Part shown: piece by piece, positions 20,501-29,229 of the stretch | How positions within the stretch are numbered: the stretch's first letter is position 1 | How the letters are laid out: each line of letters starts with the position of its first letter | NCBI GenBank assembly: GCA_033762115.1 | Contig: JANRLX010000124.1 | Span: forward strand, 1 to 40,372 | DNA from: Verrucomicrobiota bacterium | GTDB taxonomy: Bacteria; Verrucomicrobiota; Verrucomicrobiia; Limisphaerales; SXQI01 | Direction: 5' to 3' | DNA: 40,372 nucleotides | Notes under the pieces: generated by a model | What the model saw: the letters and a program-made list of their open reading frames with translations, nothing else | Told to the model about the DNA's origin: nothing | Database searches by the model: none | Made by a program: the position numbers and the translations under genes

Positions 20501-21244
20501 CTGTTGTCCAAGTTCGATCAATAATTGAGGTCCGAATGGAGAAGGTTCCCTCGCAACGACGGTCATTCCGAAATCCTTCACATACTGTTCCGCGGACTGG
20601 GACAAATCTGAAAATAAAGTTAGTCGAATCAGCGCGTCGACAGGCGGAGTTTGGTCTTCTGAAATCATCTCCATGAGTCGGGCATCCAATTTGAAATATG
20701 GATCAAAAGGAATGACGGCCCGGACTGAATCGTTCGCTTTGAGGCTCTGGATACTTTGTGAATTAGCTCGGACCAAAAAGGCATTATTGGGCACATAAGA
20801 GACAATCGTCATTCCTTCACTGGCAAGCAGGTCTTTAAATGCTTTGCCCGCTACGCCGCTGGCCTGAACAATAAATGCAGCGGGTGATTGGGACCGCAAA
20901 TTGGCTGGAATTTCCAATTCCCGAGATTCCGCCGTATCGATAGTGGCATTTCGAAGAAGAATGGCGTGATCGCTGCCCACAAGCTCAGACAAACTTCTTG
21001 AGCTATTTGTTAAAACCCATTTTTCCTTCTTTTTTTGAGTCGTAACAGCTGTGTTCGTTCGAGCTGATTGCGTGTTTGCTCCTTCAGATTTTTGACGCTG
21101 GCGCTCCTGATTGATCTTTGCCTGATAATCGTTCCCTTTGAGCCAGAAAAACAAGGCCCCGACAAAGAACAGGACACTAAGCAGCGCCCAGGTTCGTGGA
21201 GAAAATCGCATAATCGAACTTAGTTTCTTCTCTTTAAAACGCAA
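14534..21244 (-). CDS. Very large exported S8 (subtilisin-like) protein with P (proprotein convertase) domains, PPC-like repeats, a LamG/ConA-like domain and a C-terminal putative sorting domain
   Basis: N-terminal TM (alternative ATG at 21211) and prodomain. VNINDFAID (Asp), GHGTFVAAVLAG (His), PAGNAG (oxyanion Asn), KNVITVGA, KPDVVAPG, ESGTTFAVP (nucleophile position = Thr). LRVTLVWTDP..VNDLDL. P domains (VHEEMGDL; MDHQRLSDMTLSLLSPQG). LamG FTVEFWLNP..WQHVALV..IYVNG..MDEPAIFARVL. Ends RFYRIVQVP. Confidence 0.9.
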   Translation of the reverse strand: MRFKEKKLSSIMRFSPRTWALLSVLFFVGALFFWLKGNDYQAKINQERQRQKSEGANTQSARTNTAVTTQKKKEKWVLTNSSRSLSELVGSDHAILLRNATIDTAESRELEIPANLRSQSPAAFIVQASGVAGKAFKDLLASEGMTIVSYVPNNAFLVRANSQSIQSLKANDSVRAVIPFDPYFKLDARLMEMISEDQTPPVDALIRLTLFSDLSQSAEQYVKDFGMTVVAREPSPFGPQLLIELGQQDVVSIAKIEAVQSVELQAARTPANDLTRVQLGVSADTVTNANYMDLTGTNIWVNINDFAIDESHEDLKDRVFSPFPGMLANDPNGHGTFVAAVLAGDGSESATVTKADGSLTNASYRGIAPAAKLFALPIEGTPDVQHYVLDTWLQETAARTNYLTLRRTNSLISNNSWVYSGVSEYDSSAARFDAATRDSLSGASGQHPVVYVFPAGNAGFGQNTGRGGEAGNIFSPGTAKNVITVGALEHPRFLTNGLLETNEVIDFEGNTNFFVTTNFLFFERTDSSDSVASYSSRGNTGIGTEGLLGRFKPDVVAPGTFVLSARSKDWVLTNQYDINTEEGRAMTNLHETLGEYRYESGTTFAVPAISGLLALIQEFFETKVDAESRRALSPALMKALLINSSRSVSSFYDYYVQTSINYQGWGLPTLPQTLPEILTNTSEAEWPLILLDQNPTNALATGESRTWRFTLDTNAQFAPLRVTLVWTDPPANPNVGVKLVNDLDLIITNIESGVIYSGNNFSPASVYTTPLPPTEGSVPSDIINNVENIFIRDPSEFGKEFTLTVRARRVNINAVDNGFAVTGRTNDVLQDFALVISSENIFVTNAFKTFQFESAPSALTVRTPVTPVENGIPLMDQRVGANPSLGSDIGNTNQWRFYVFTNFFDPATSTSGLTNGSNVAFVTFAPLNLGRPRNQEADIDLYVSRDSRLTNLVPSVVAGAVQSTTRSGTEFFVTTNAPVGQDVIYYVGVKSEDQQSAEFNLMAISSDLPFQEGDDANPILRGFPIGVAIPDGTPTRPQAGIVIALGLSNRRILNTAVNVGLVHEEMGDLVGTLEHNRIATFLNNHRPAITNFPNPNSFHYNDSFFPPAGSFPTDGPGTLQSFVGQKVVGPWIMYQIDNAPGHVGYVTNVTIPIQTLQDELLSGTISGTVAATNYTYYPLEIRPGINRVTLRLRQKTGLANSLDLVMKLEGLPTTNDFTYRGTNILVNATTLNASAYEEPFLVPGTYYVGVYNRSLGSVDFDLTTEFDYAFLSEYQFEYHRTNTTLLDAAATNNLIELFDDLVVTDVRVGVRMDHQRLSDMTLSLLSPQGTRILLSEARGAADTNGFGSQYLLDGVEQPAYAIFTESDFGDISAIKEMTPPFGDSILNLARIFTNSWETTSPGNKPLGSLVEQWRVTNAIVTVVNNQLEAFSGTNYLILEKGAISRSFPSIPGREYLIRFAAQRFPDKEFMSWWTAEDHVFDFSSTNHGIIEPAYTTGIVSRAWSFNGTSQGVLVPHSDSLNLTNNFTVEFWLNPHASQRASAIVVRKQSLAGADGFALETGSTANSLSYHMVFNGNKIPAGVVLRSNEWQHVALVKEGTIGRIYVNGALRQTVPGLIPILATNNAALEFGRSLFLPNRAWRGLMDEPAIFARVLTQEEIASIYQAGPEGKCASLVGPYPCTGRGTLTLNGEDLNFSVAPAWIPYFTTLIATNTNVVVEFSASRAVYGLDEIEVLDRGNRYFLPEEDLSLLNGQRSLGEWQLQMVDTRTGATNPAGLLNDWELILNFVDARPHAELLLNQRIYPRNLNNTTITNFIVPGRLATNQVQYFIVETCPATTASTVTILGQGVELLVDRSGLPTGDPTRDDYAPVRTVQNSAGAYTASFRLTTTSPPSAPLRPGRRYYLAVRNVNSFGTNNFSIRVDYNNSSCAPIQPQRLLSRQSVENAAAAASANEEGDAYEIQVEPQTESLQLSVQTAGALSVFIGEGFIPNRTNFTATGNVTEGGVGIVLDQNSSLPLKTGNYYVTVLNNNDEPVPYTITSITDNGPADLPRLVNGVAVTGSIGDDEFNIYHFPVPANASAVLFELLDLSEDVNLYVRKGIVPTLNSYDYSSANAGRAGEQIVLRADEVDLAGDWFLGVRASESGPVSYRVLASFASDGILTGGAALNLAIEPQIQNGNLEFSWNSVSGEKYRIDFSDNLIDWKPVQTITAEGRLTSFNEPLPEGVSARFYRIVQVP

Positions 21245-21259
21245 ATTTTACGCCAACTG

Positions 21260-24200
21260 TTATTCCGGTGGCGGCAACACGCTAAAGCTTTCAACCACTG
21301 CACGCGGTTGAGCATTTTGCCCCCTTACATCTCCCTCAATTCGAAAAACAGTCTTCGTCGCCACTTCTCCTGTGATCTGATAATTGGTGCAAAGATTATA
21401 GAATTGAGCGGTTGTGGTCAGCGAACGCTCCGCTGGCTTCAAGGATTGACCAAAAGCATAGACCACGAACTTTGGTTCATCCGTCCGAACCAAAGACATG
21501 ATTTGCTGCGGAATTCGTTCCACCACGTCATCAGTCAATCCATGACGGAGTTGGTTTAATTGACCGACAGATAAATTGAGGAATGGGGAGTTTACTGAAA
21601 GCCCCGGCGCCCGCAAAATATCGCCAATATTCAAGTAAACCCCGTTGGTCACCTGGTTTCGGGTGTCATTCAATGACCTGACAATCGCTCGTAACTGCGG
21701 ACTGTTCGGTTGCACGATCAAATCCGTAAACTGCTGGTTTGCGGGCGTGGTGATGTTTGAATTGGGGGCAGAATTCGAGACGACATGAACCCCGCTCAAC
21801 ACTGCGGACCATGCGGCAAGGTTTGTCTGGTTCACTGACAGCAGGCCACGGGCAGCGTTTTCGCTGGGCGCCGCAGTGAAGATATCCAGCAAACGCCAGT
21901 CATTGGTTGGACTGGTGGCATGGCTTCCAGCCCAAAGACGCCATGTTTCCCCCGGCAATCCAATACTTTTCAGGTAAATCGTTTGCCAGGGAGTGCCGCG
22001 ATGAACCTGACCCAGCTGACCAATATTGGCGAACCTGAAGTATTTGTTCGTGCTTCGGTTAATAGGAAACTGCCAATCATCCGGCCTGCGGATATTCGGA
22101 TCCTTTTTGCCAAGAGAGGAGTCGCCAGTCTGCGCATTCAGAAGGAATTCTGCTCCCCGATACTCCCATGGATTGTAGCGTTGATTCACCAGACCGATAT
22201 TGGAGGGTGGGAAAGGGACATTGATGGCCTGAGGTGAGGAGGGTTCCTCCGCAAATGGATTCAAATCATCCCGATAATAATGAACGAATGGATCATTTGC
22301 CTGCCAGGAGGATTGCTTGTAGAGGCGTGTGCCCGGAGTGAAAGGCGCCTGTAATTCCAATTCGGTCAGGCGGGTGCTGGCATTTGTCAAAAAATCGCCA
22401 AAGTTAGTGATAGCCCCCATTTTGTCGCTCACAGGGATGGCGTTGTATGAAGCCCAGATATTTTGATAGGTGTTCGGATCGCCTGTTGAAACGTCGATTT
22501 GCGCCCAAACACCGGAAGGTAAATTCCGGTTGGAACGTGTGATCAGGTCAGATCGATAAAAAGTGGCCCCGGAAAGATTGGTTCCACTGCCTGCGGTAAG
22601 GTTGGTCAAGGCATAGTTGATATCAAATGTGGTGATCAGATTATTCAAGTTTACCAGGTCGATAATCCGACCAGTCGTGGAATCTGTCAGGATATACTGG
22701 ACCGCATTTGTGATAACCAAATCAAGCTGCGGAATGGTAAGATTCGTTTGCCAGGCGTTGGTTGCGGAAATCGGAAGAAACCAGGGAGGACCGCTGCCCA
22801 GTAGAACGCTTAACGGAAGCGTAGACACATTCGTGAAAATGGGAACCTTCATCGCAAATGGGAGCGCCAATCCATTCGTCCACCCAGGCCAGTTGGTATA
22901 ATTAATAACCGGAGGCGTGAAAAATTGATTCGTTGCGTAAACAAGTGTGCTGGGACTATTTGTGCGCCGTTCGTAGAGAGAGACGAAAGCTTGCGCTCGA
23001 GCTGTCAACTGGAGCTGGCCTCGGTACGGTCTTACATATGGGTTCCAGCCTTCAACTCCGAAAACATTTGAAATACCAAGCAAATGGATCGCGCTGAATT
23101 GGTTCGGCAATTGGTTTTGCTGCGACTTTCGAGCCAGTAGCTTTCTTACCACTTCAACGCCGGTCTGAGCAGAAAATTCATTGAAATTAGGCAACTCCTT
23201 TTTCGCACCAATGATCGCAGGCACACCAAGAATGGTCGCATTGGTGATGATGACATCCAAACCCGCGGTGCGATTCGTTGCAATGAACTGTTCAGGAGAT
23301 AACCATGGAAAACCAGTAAAGAAAGAAGCGTTTGTTTCCTCCCTGTACCCGGCTATGAAAATCGCGTTGACCACCGGATTGGTCGAAGGATGCCGACCGA
23401 CACGAAAGACGGGGCGGAAAACCGTGGGAAAATCCACAGAAGTGCCGGTTGACCTGTTAGTCAGGTTATCATGAATATTGGCAGCGACCTGCAACAGACG
23501 ATGTATTTCCGAAGAATACTCAGTCACCGGTTGCCGCGATCCAACAGGACGCTCCCAATAAACCAAAATATTCGTGGCAGATACGTTGGTCCTTGTGTAA
23601 TTCGTGACATACCCGATATAGGCGCTGTTGTTCGTGCGGTTGATTTGAACCGCCTGCTTGATTAAGGCATCGGCAATCCATGTAAAATAGTTTGATGACG
23701 TGATGGAGTTGGTCGCCCAGGGAACAAGATTTGTGGAAATGGTCCCGGGTATATTCGTATAATTGAGGTGGATTTTCGGCACCCCTCGTTCAGTTTTTAA
23801 AGCGGGAGATGAGTCAACACCCATTTGGCTCATCAGCCGGTAAAAAGTATAACGATCATACGAACTGGCGCTGTTTCGTGTGGAAAAATTCAAGCGGCTC
23901 GTCAAATCCGCAAAACCGCCGGAAAAACTACTCCGGGAGTAAAGATCCTGGGCATCGTAGAACTGATTGCCATTCGTGCTTGGGTTTCCTGGCCAGGGCC
24001 AGTTGTTTATTTTAAAGGAATCTTCCTGGTCCGGGGTCGGAGAAACAGGCGGCAAAGAAACATAGCTCCAGACTGGCCCGTTCCCATAATTGTCAATGGC
24101 ATCATTACTGAACTCAGCAAAGACAGTGCTGTCAAAGGTCGCTGAAAGGGTTGGAAGAGAGCGTGGATTTCCATTGTTCCGATAGCTTAAAATGGCACGA

Positions 24201-25123
24201 GCGTTGTCAAAGGCAGCCCCAGCTGGTCCATTAAAGGGGGTTGTGGAAAAGGGGTCGTAACGATAACTATTGTTGGCCCATCCATTGGTATTGAGGTCGC
24301 GAAAAAAAGCGGCCAGATTTAATTCCCAGGAGCCATATCCCTGATTTCGAAAGAAGCCATTCGTGCTACTTGGCGCAGAAGATAGCTGATTTACTTCATT
24401 TCCAATATTGTTCAAATCGAGGGTTTTTCCCGCCGGGACCGCAAGAAATGCATATCGACCGATGAATCGGTTCGTTTCACTGTGGGGAAATTCTGGACGT
24501 TCCAGCACACCAACCCATTCCGGATCGCCGACAAAATTTCCCCGGAGCACATTGGGACCAGACGCGCTGGAAATCGGGACACCATTGGTATTGAAAAAGC
24601 CGCCAGTGGCACTGACTTCGGGCAGATAGCCGTTTGTCTCGAAAAAACGGTTTCGGTTTAAATCCATGTAAAAACGAAACTCGGGCGCAAAGGAGCTATT
24701 GCTGTTCGTTTGGACAAAAACCGGGACGCGTGCGTCGTATTGAAGATTGGCAATCAGGCGGAGCAAATCATCACCCACCACCGGATTTCCATTGGCGTAT
24801 TGAAAGTTAACGTTGGTAGGACGTTGTTGATTCAGCGGTTGAGACTGAAAACCAGCTGGATTGATGAAGTTGGTCGAATTGAAAATATCATACTTCAGGC
24901 GATTTCCAGCAGCTAACATCGTCCCGACTGCCTGGGCCTGGGCTCGGGCGAGTGCGGTATCTGCCATTAATTTCGCGATGACCTGATCTTCTGTGACCTT
25001 CACCGAAACCCGTTCGCGGCGGCTCATGGCCAAAAAGACCACGGCCATAAAAGTGACAATCGCCAGCATCACCAACGTAATGACGAGGGCCACTCCTTTT
25101 TCTGACTGATACTGACGCTTCAT
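21260..25123 (-). CDS. Large PilX/GspK-like minor pilin (Verru_Chthon cassette protein A-like), probable tip/adhesin component
   Basis: Class III signal lacking E+5 (KG|VALVITLVMLAIVTFMAVVFL) followed by AKLMADTALARAQ. 1,287 aa, Asn/Thr-rich. Last of four coupled prepilin genes (ATGA overlap at 25120-25123). Confidence 0.75.
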   Translation of the reverse strand: MKRQYQSEKGVALVITLVMLAIVTFMAVVFLAMSRRERVSVKVTEDQVIAKLMADTALARAQAQAVGTMLAAGNRLKYDIFNSTNFINPAGFQSQPLNQQRPTNVNFQYANGNPVVGDDLLRLIANLQYDARVPVFVQTNSNSSFAPEFRFYMDLNRNRFFETNGYLPEVSATGGFFNTNGVPISSASGPNVLRGNFVGDPEWVGVLERPEFPHSETNRFIGRYAFLAVPAGKTLDLNNIGNEVNQLSSAPSSTNGFFRNQGYGSWELNLAAFFRDLNTNGWANNSYRYDPFSTTPFNGPAGAAFDNARAILSYRNNGNPRSLPTLSATFDSTVFAEFSNDAIDNYGNGPVWSYVSLPPVSPTPDQEDSFKINNWPWPGNPSTNGNQFYDAQDLYSRSSFSGGFADLTSRLNFSTRNSASSYDRYTFYRLMSQMGVDSSPALKTERGVPKIHLNYTNIPGTISTNLVPWATNSITSSNYFTWIADALIKQAVQINRTNNSAYIGYVTNYTRTNVSATNILVYWERPVGSRQPVTEYSSEIHRLLQVAANIHDNLTNRSTGTSVDFPTVFRPVFRVGRHPSTNPVVNAIFIAGYREETNASFFTGFPWLSPEQFIATNRTAGLDVIITNATILGVPAIIGAKKELPNFNEFSAQTGVEVVRKLLARKSQQNQLPNQFSAIHLLGISNVFGVEGWNPYVRPYRGQLQLTARAQAFVSLYERRTNSPSTLVYATNQFFTPPVINYTNWPGWTNGLALPFAMKVPIFTNVSTLPLSVLLGSGPPWFLPISATNAWQTNLTIPQLDLVITNAVQYILTDSTTGRIIDLVNLNNLITTFDINYALTNLTAGSGTNLSGATFYRSDLITRSNRNLPSGVWAQIDVSTGDPNTYQNIWASYNAIPVSDKMGAITNFGDFLTNASTRLTELELQAPFTPGTRLYKQSSWQANDPFVHYYRDDLNPFAEEPSSPQAINVPFPPSNIGLVNQRYNPWEYRGAEFLLNAQTGDSSLGKKDPNIRRPDDWQFPINRSTNKYFRFANIGQLGQVHRGTPWQTIYLKSIGLPGETWRLWAGSHATSPTNDWRLLDIFTAAPSENAARGLLSVNQTNLAAWSAVLSGVHVVSNSAPNSNITTPANQQFTDLIVQPNSPQLRAIVRSLNDTRNQVTNGVYLNIGDILRAPGLSVNSPFLNLSVGQLNQLRHGLTDDVVERIPQQIMSLVRTDEPKFVVYAFGQSLKPAERSLTTTAQFYNLCTNYQITGEVATKTVFRIEGDVRGQNAQPRAVVESFSVLPPPE

Positions 25124-26106
25124 TGAACTGCTGTGCGAATGGGAACTCGTTGACGATAGAGATGAACCTTACTCAAATTGCGTGAGAGAAATGTGGTGGC
25201 CTGACCAGAAAGACCATCCTCAATCATCTGATTATATTGTTTGAGAGTTGCTGGTTCGAGGACCCCAATTTCAATATCCAGATAATGCGGGAGGGAGTTG
25301 CCAAAAAACATGGCCACAGATTCCTCATTTCCAAAAGGAACCTGCCGGAGGATCATGCCGGAGCCATCCGGAACATAAAATGTGCTGGTCCTCTCAATTT
25401 CCAATCCATCAGATTCCTGCCTCAGAATTTGGAGACCGTTCGTTTCGGCAGTGTCCCAGCCTAGGCGAAAACCATTTTTTGAAAAGGGCACCACTCTGAA
25501 ATGAACCAATCCTTCGGAGACAAGATGAAAGTTCGTGTTATTCGTGATGCTGGCCTGCTGAACAAAATTACTGAATAAATAATCAGGATGGGGCATTTTG
25601 TTAGTCCAACTGTTCTCGATCCGCTCCAGGGTTCCCACCGCATCTCCAACACGTGCGGTTCCAATTCGGTAACCAATACCCGTCCACACATTTGTCTGTT
25701 TGTGGAGAAGATATAAATAATGATGCGTGTTTGTTCGAATTTGAAGGGTGTTTTGGACGTTTGATTGAATGATGGGGATAGTAATGCCACGCACATCAGC
25801 CAGTGTGGGGTTAAGAATCAACCCAAGGCCAAATGCCAGGTTTCGATTGCTTTGAATACCACTTGCCACGGTTTGCTCCACCTCACGGGTAATTAATTCC
25901 ATGACAGCACGACCTTTTTCGGAAACATCTCCCTGAGTTTCAGTTTTCCTGAGAGCGCCCTGGGTTACGTTGAAGACCGCATACAGCGAAACCACAATGA
26001 CCCCCATCAGCGCGACAGCAACCATCAGTTCGGTCACAGTAAAAGCACTCGCCCTGACTGACCTTTGCAAGCCGGTTTCGGAACTATGGATTTGCCGCAA
26101 ATGCAT
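25120..26106 (-). CDS. PilW/GspJ-like minor pilin (Verru_Chthon cassette protein C-like)
   Basis: SA|FTVTELMVAVALMGVIVVSLYAVF..GRAVMELITREVEQ prepilin pattern; C-terminal LPHYLDIEIGVLE. Confidence 0.8.
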   Translation of the reverse strand: MHLRQIHSSETGLQRSVRASAFTVTELMVAVALMGVIVVSLYAVFNVTQGALRKTETQGDVSEKGRAVMELITREVEQTVASGIQSNRNLAFGLGLILNPTLADVRGITIPIIQSNVQNTLQIRTNTHHYLYLLHKQTNVWTGIGYRIGTARVGDAVGTLERIENSWTNKMPHPDYLFSNFVQQASITNNTNFHLVSEGLVHFRVVPFSKNGFRLGWDTAETNGLQILRQESDGLEIERTSTFYVPDGSGMILRQVPFGNEESVAMFFGNSLPHYLDIEIGVLEPATLKQYNQMIEDGLSGQATTFLSRNLSKVHLYRQRVPIRTAVQ

Positions 26107-26809
26107 TGGTAAATTGGTTGGGAGTAAAAAAGTTTAACCCGGCAGAACGAACAATTTTTCCTCCTACCTGGGTCCGGAAAACCTTGCGATTTCTGCCAAC
26201 CGCCCAGTTGTTTCCTCTTTCATACAAAGGCCAGCGAACAATCAGCCGAACGTCATGGAGGTTTTCGCCGATGTTGAGGTTCATGGCCAAAGTCATTGGA
26301 TCATTAACCAGTTCCGGTGGAATGCTAATGACAGGTGTCACTTCGGACTGAATCTGAAAACGAAAGCCAAAGTCATTGGGCTGGTTGGCAATGGGACGAT
26401 CAACTGCAGAACCGGTGATCGAACGCATCCGGGCAAAGATAAAGTTGGTCCCTGCAGCAGAAATTTTGGGCATTGTAAGCAGGCCGACAATATTGGACCC
26501 GGTCAATGGTTGAGAAGGTGTGGGAAGGCTGTTGGTTCTACGGTTATTGCCGTTCTGGACGATGTGAGTGATCTGCTCCACATAATTAGTCAATTCATCC
26601 ATTCCTCGCGAACCACTCCTGATCGCCTCAAGAATATACAATCCATCCTGATTGATGATCGTGTCTTCACGATTGTCCTGCTGCACTGTCATCCCGGTAG
26701 GAAGGACACCAATGATTGCTGTCAGCGCGAACGCCACGATGGCCAAACTCAAAGCAATTTCCACCAGGGTGAATCCCCGCTTGGATGAATATGAGGAGGG
26801 AATGTTCAT
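26084..26809 (-). CDS. PilV/GspI-like minor pilin (Verru_Chthon cassette protein B-like)
   Basis: RG|FTLVEIALSLAIVAFALTAIIGVLPTGM. ATG at 26809 overlaps the upstream stop (ATGA), so it is preferred over the ORF-track start at 26854. Confidence 0.82.
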   Translation of the reverse strand: MNIPSSYSSKRGFTLVEIALSLAIVAFALTAIIGVLPTGMTVQQDNREDTIINQDGLYILEAIRSGSRGMDELTNYVEQITHIVQNGNNRRTNSLPTPSQPLTGSNIVGLLTMPKISAAGTNFIFARMRSITGSAVDRPIANQPNDFGFRFQIQSEVTPVISIPPELVNDPMTLAMNLNIGENLHDVRLIVRWPLYERGNNWAVGRNRKVFRTQVGGKIVRSAGLNFFTPNQFTNAFAANP

Positions 26810-27582
26810 GTTCGCGGCGGGATGGGTTGAGTGCGGGGACGACCTGTCAGCCAATCAACTCGAATGGCAGGGTTGTTGGTGTAGTTACCTTTAGGCATTT
26901 CGATGACTTCAGCGGGGGCAATACGCATGCTGCCATCATCATTCCGAGGAAAAATCACTGTGCCCTTTGTCAAAGTAAGATAAAGGTCCTCCTTACCATG
27001 AAGCATTTGTCCCTGATAATTAAAGCCGATATAGGGAAGGGTGTAATTCGAACTGGTGATCAGAGGAAAAGGAAATAATTTTGCGAAAGGCAGCGGTTTG
27101 TTCAAATCGATTTCGTTGATTGCGTTGGTGTTGAATTTATTCGTCGATATGAAAACCCCTTCAGGCAACGATTTCCACTCACTCAAATATCTTTTCGTTG
27201 CCGAACCGGGCTGATCCCCGAGCCCTCGAGTGGAATAAAAAGCGTATGAGGTATATTGCCCATTAATCAAATTTGTCAGGGCACGTTTTTCATCCGAATT
27301 TAATGAGTTCCAATTTTCCCTGGCAACTTGCGGTGGTAAAAAAACCAGGTAAACAGAACTTCTTTCAGCCATGGCACGTTGCCGGGCAAAGCTGATATCA
27401 TCCAGCAACTGCCGATGCGCGGCAGCAAGGGAATTGGTGTTGGTAAATCCTTTCAATGCCGGAATCCCGATGGTTGCCAGGATTCCGATGATAATGATCA
27501 CAACCAGCAGCTCGATCAGGGTAAAAGCGCGAGAACGCTTTGCGGCGAATCCATGAGCGAGGGTTGTGATTGCGGTAAGCAT
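26806..27582 (-). CDS. FimT/GspH-like minor pilin (Verru_Chthon cassette protein D-like)
   Basis: RA|FTLIELLVVIIIIGILATIGIPAL; AAHRQLLDDISFARQRAMAERSSVYLVF; IGFNYQG; IRVDWLTGR (GspH/FimT hallmarks). Confidence 0.85.
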   Translation of the reverse strand: MLTAITTLAHGFAAKRSRAFTLIELLVVIIIIGILATIGIPALKGFTNTNSLAAAHRQLLDDISFARQRAMAERSSVYLVFLPPQVARENWNSLNSDEKRALTNLINGQYTSYAFYSTRGLGDQPGSATKRYLSEWKSLPEGVFISTNKFNTNAINEIDLNKPLPFAKLFPFPLITSSNYTLPYIGFNYQGQMLHGKEDLYLTLTKGTVIFPRNDDGSMRIAPAEVIEMPKGNYTNNPAIRVDWLTGRPRTQPIPPRT

Positions 27583-27589
27583 GAGACCT

Positions 27590-28399
27590 TTATTTCCAGC
27601 TTAATACATTGTCTTTGTTGTATCCTTCATCGGCCAATTTAGTGTCATCGATGGCTCCATCCGGGCCGAATGACCAAATCATGATAGGAGAACGCAATTC
27701 AAATGGAGCAGCTGGCCCTGATCGAAACAGTCCGTTTTTGCCATTGTTGCTCGTATCCGTGTTCGACAGTCGGGAAACGGCCATTTTGCCATAATGGGCA
27801 TCTCTCGTTTGCCCGTCATAATTCAGGTCGAGCGAGATGATATAGGGAGCGCCCCAGGGATCACGGTAAACTCCATCCACCCCGATTCCGGGTTTGTTCC
27901 TGCCAGATACATCCTTGGGATCCAATAAGGTCTCGCCCTGCGGATTTTCAGGATTGTTCTTGACTTTGGCGGGCAGCCATTCCCGAATATTCTGAAGGAT
28001 GCCAATGACTTCCGAGTTATTGGTATTCACAGTTCCGGCCATCATCACTGTTGAACTAACTCCACCTTTTTTCGATACATGCGAATCAGTCATGACACCA
28101 CTGGTTGTTTCAAATGTCTGAAAAGTCCCATAAGTGAAGTCCGGCTGAGCATCATTCAGCGAAGTACGAATCCGTTTCGAAGTTGGGAATCTGCTGTAGG
28201 TCGCCTGATATTGCGTGATGGCTCCCTTGATCGCGGCAATTTCCTGTTTGGCCTTCGCAACCTGTGCAGTGACTTTTGCCCTCGACAGCGCTGGCAGCAA
28301 CATACTGGCAAGAATTCCTATGATCGAGATGACCACAAGCAATTCAATGAGGGTAAATGCTCGAACTCCAAAGTGCTGCTTTAACGATTTATTAGACAT
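27590..28399 (-). CDS. Type IV pilin / GspG-like prepilin
   Basis: RA|FTLIELLVVISIIGILASMLLPALSRAK..IKGAITQYQATYSRFP; DPWGAPY and IWSFGPDG..DNVLSW are GspG-like. ATG at 28399 preferred because the longer ORF-track N-terminus is not prepilin-like. Confidence 0.85.
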   Translation of the reverse strand: MSNKSLKQHFGVRAFTLIELLVVISIIGILASMLLPALSRAKVTAQVAKAKQEIAAIKGAITQYQATYSRFPTSKRIRTSLNDAQPDFTYGTFQTFETTSGVMTDSHVSKKGGVSSTVMMAGTVNTNNSEVIGILQNIREWLPAKVKNNPENPQGETLLDPKDVSGRNKPGIGVDGVYRDPWGAPYIISLDLNYDGQTRDAHYGKMAVSRLSNTDTSNNGKNGLFRSGPAAPFELRSPIMIWSFGPDGAIDDTKLADEGYNKDNVLSWK

Positions 28400-28562
28400 A
28401 ACATTAAACCGGGAAGATTGAGGAACACAGGACATGCGATGGATAGTGTTGAAATGAAAGAGGCGAACATTCCGGATTTTTCGGATCTGAATGTCCGGAG
28501 ACCATTTTTTTTCAGACCAGCGCACTGGAATATTCTTTTTCGTTACACGCTTTTGGCACATA

Positions 28563-29222
28563 TCAATTCCTCCAATTCCCAATAACAGTTATTTTATCAC
28601 CCAACTCGATTTCGGCCCAGAGATCGAATCCGTTTCGATTATGGCGATTAGTCGTGGAAGCGTCATAAAACCAGGGATTAAATTCCCCAACTTTTCCCTT
28701 CAGCATGTATGGCCCCTTGACAGGCACAGCGAGTAATTCGATATCCGCCCCATTAGCCAAAATAGGATCAAGTTCCTTAAACTGGGAAGGCTTGAAATTA
28801 AATCGACGATACGGAACATCACGAGGATCACGTGAGGAATTCTGGATTCCTCCAATACCGAAAACCGATCTTAGATGGCCCGAATTCACGATTTCATCAT
28901 GATTCAAAACTTTAAAATTGCCGTTCGTAAAAACGGCCCCGGAAAGCTCATAGAAAAGTGGATTTCGGCTCGAATGAACGCGATGATCAGAAAGATTTAA
29001 CCGATTATCACTTGGATACGAACCCACCTCTGCCTTGTACGATTCAATAGCAGTAATCAAATTATTCAAATCTGCCTTGACGCGTGCCTCTTTCATTTTT
29101 CGAGAGGCCACTCCCGCGACCCCCACAACCAAAGTGGCCAGGACGCCGATAATCGCGATCACCACCAGCAACTCCAGCAGTGTAAATGCAGAATTGTGGT
29201 TTGGTATTTTTCGACGTTTCAT
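28563..29222 (-). CDS. Type IV pilin / GspG-like prepilin
   Basis: SA|FTLLELLVVIAIIGVLATLVVGVAG..LITAIESYKAEVGSYP; NPWFY..FDLWA..IGNW. Start ATG 29222 (or GTG 29240 overlapping the antitoxin stop). Confidence 0.85.
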   Translation of the reverse strand: MKRRKIPNHNSAFTLLELLVVIAIIGVLATLVVGVAGVASRKMKEARVKADLNNLITAIESYKAEVGSYPSDNRLNLSDHRVHSSRNPLFYELSGAVFTNGNFKVLNHDEIVNSGHLRSVFGIGGIQNSSRDPRDVPYRRFNFKPSQFKELDPILANGADIELLAVPVKGPYMLKGKVGEFNPWFYDASTTNRHNRNGFDLWAEIELGDKITVIGNWRN

Positions 29223-29229
29223 TGAATGA

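Noticed and set aside
28400..28582. 61-aa N-terminal extension of the pilin given in the ORF track, and an imperfect hairpin at 28467-28494
   Set aside because: The extension overlaps the upstream gene and is atypical for a prepilin leader. The hairpin is imperfect with no clean U-tract, so it is not called a terminator.
27590..29222. Pilins as conductive e-pili linked to the cytochrome-porin operon
   Set aside because: They are long GspG-like pilins with globular heads, not short Geobacter-type pilins, and a tRNA and separate promoters lie between the loci. Proximity is the only support.
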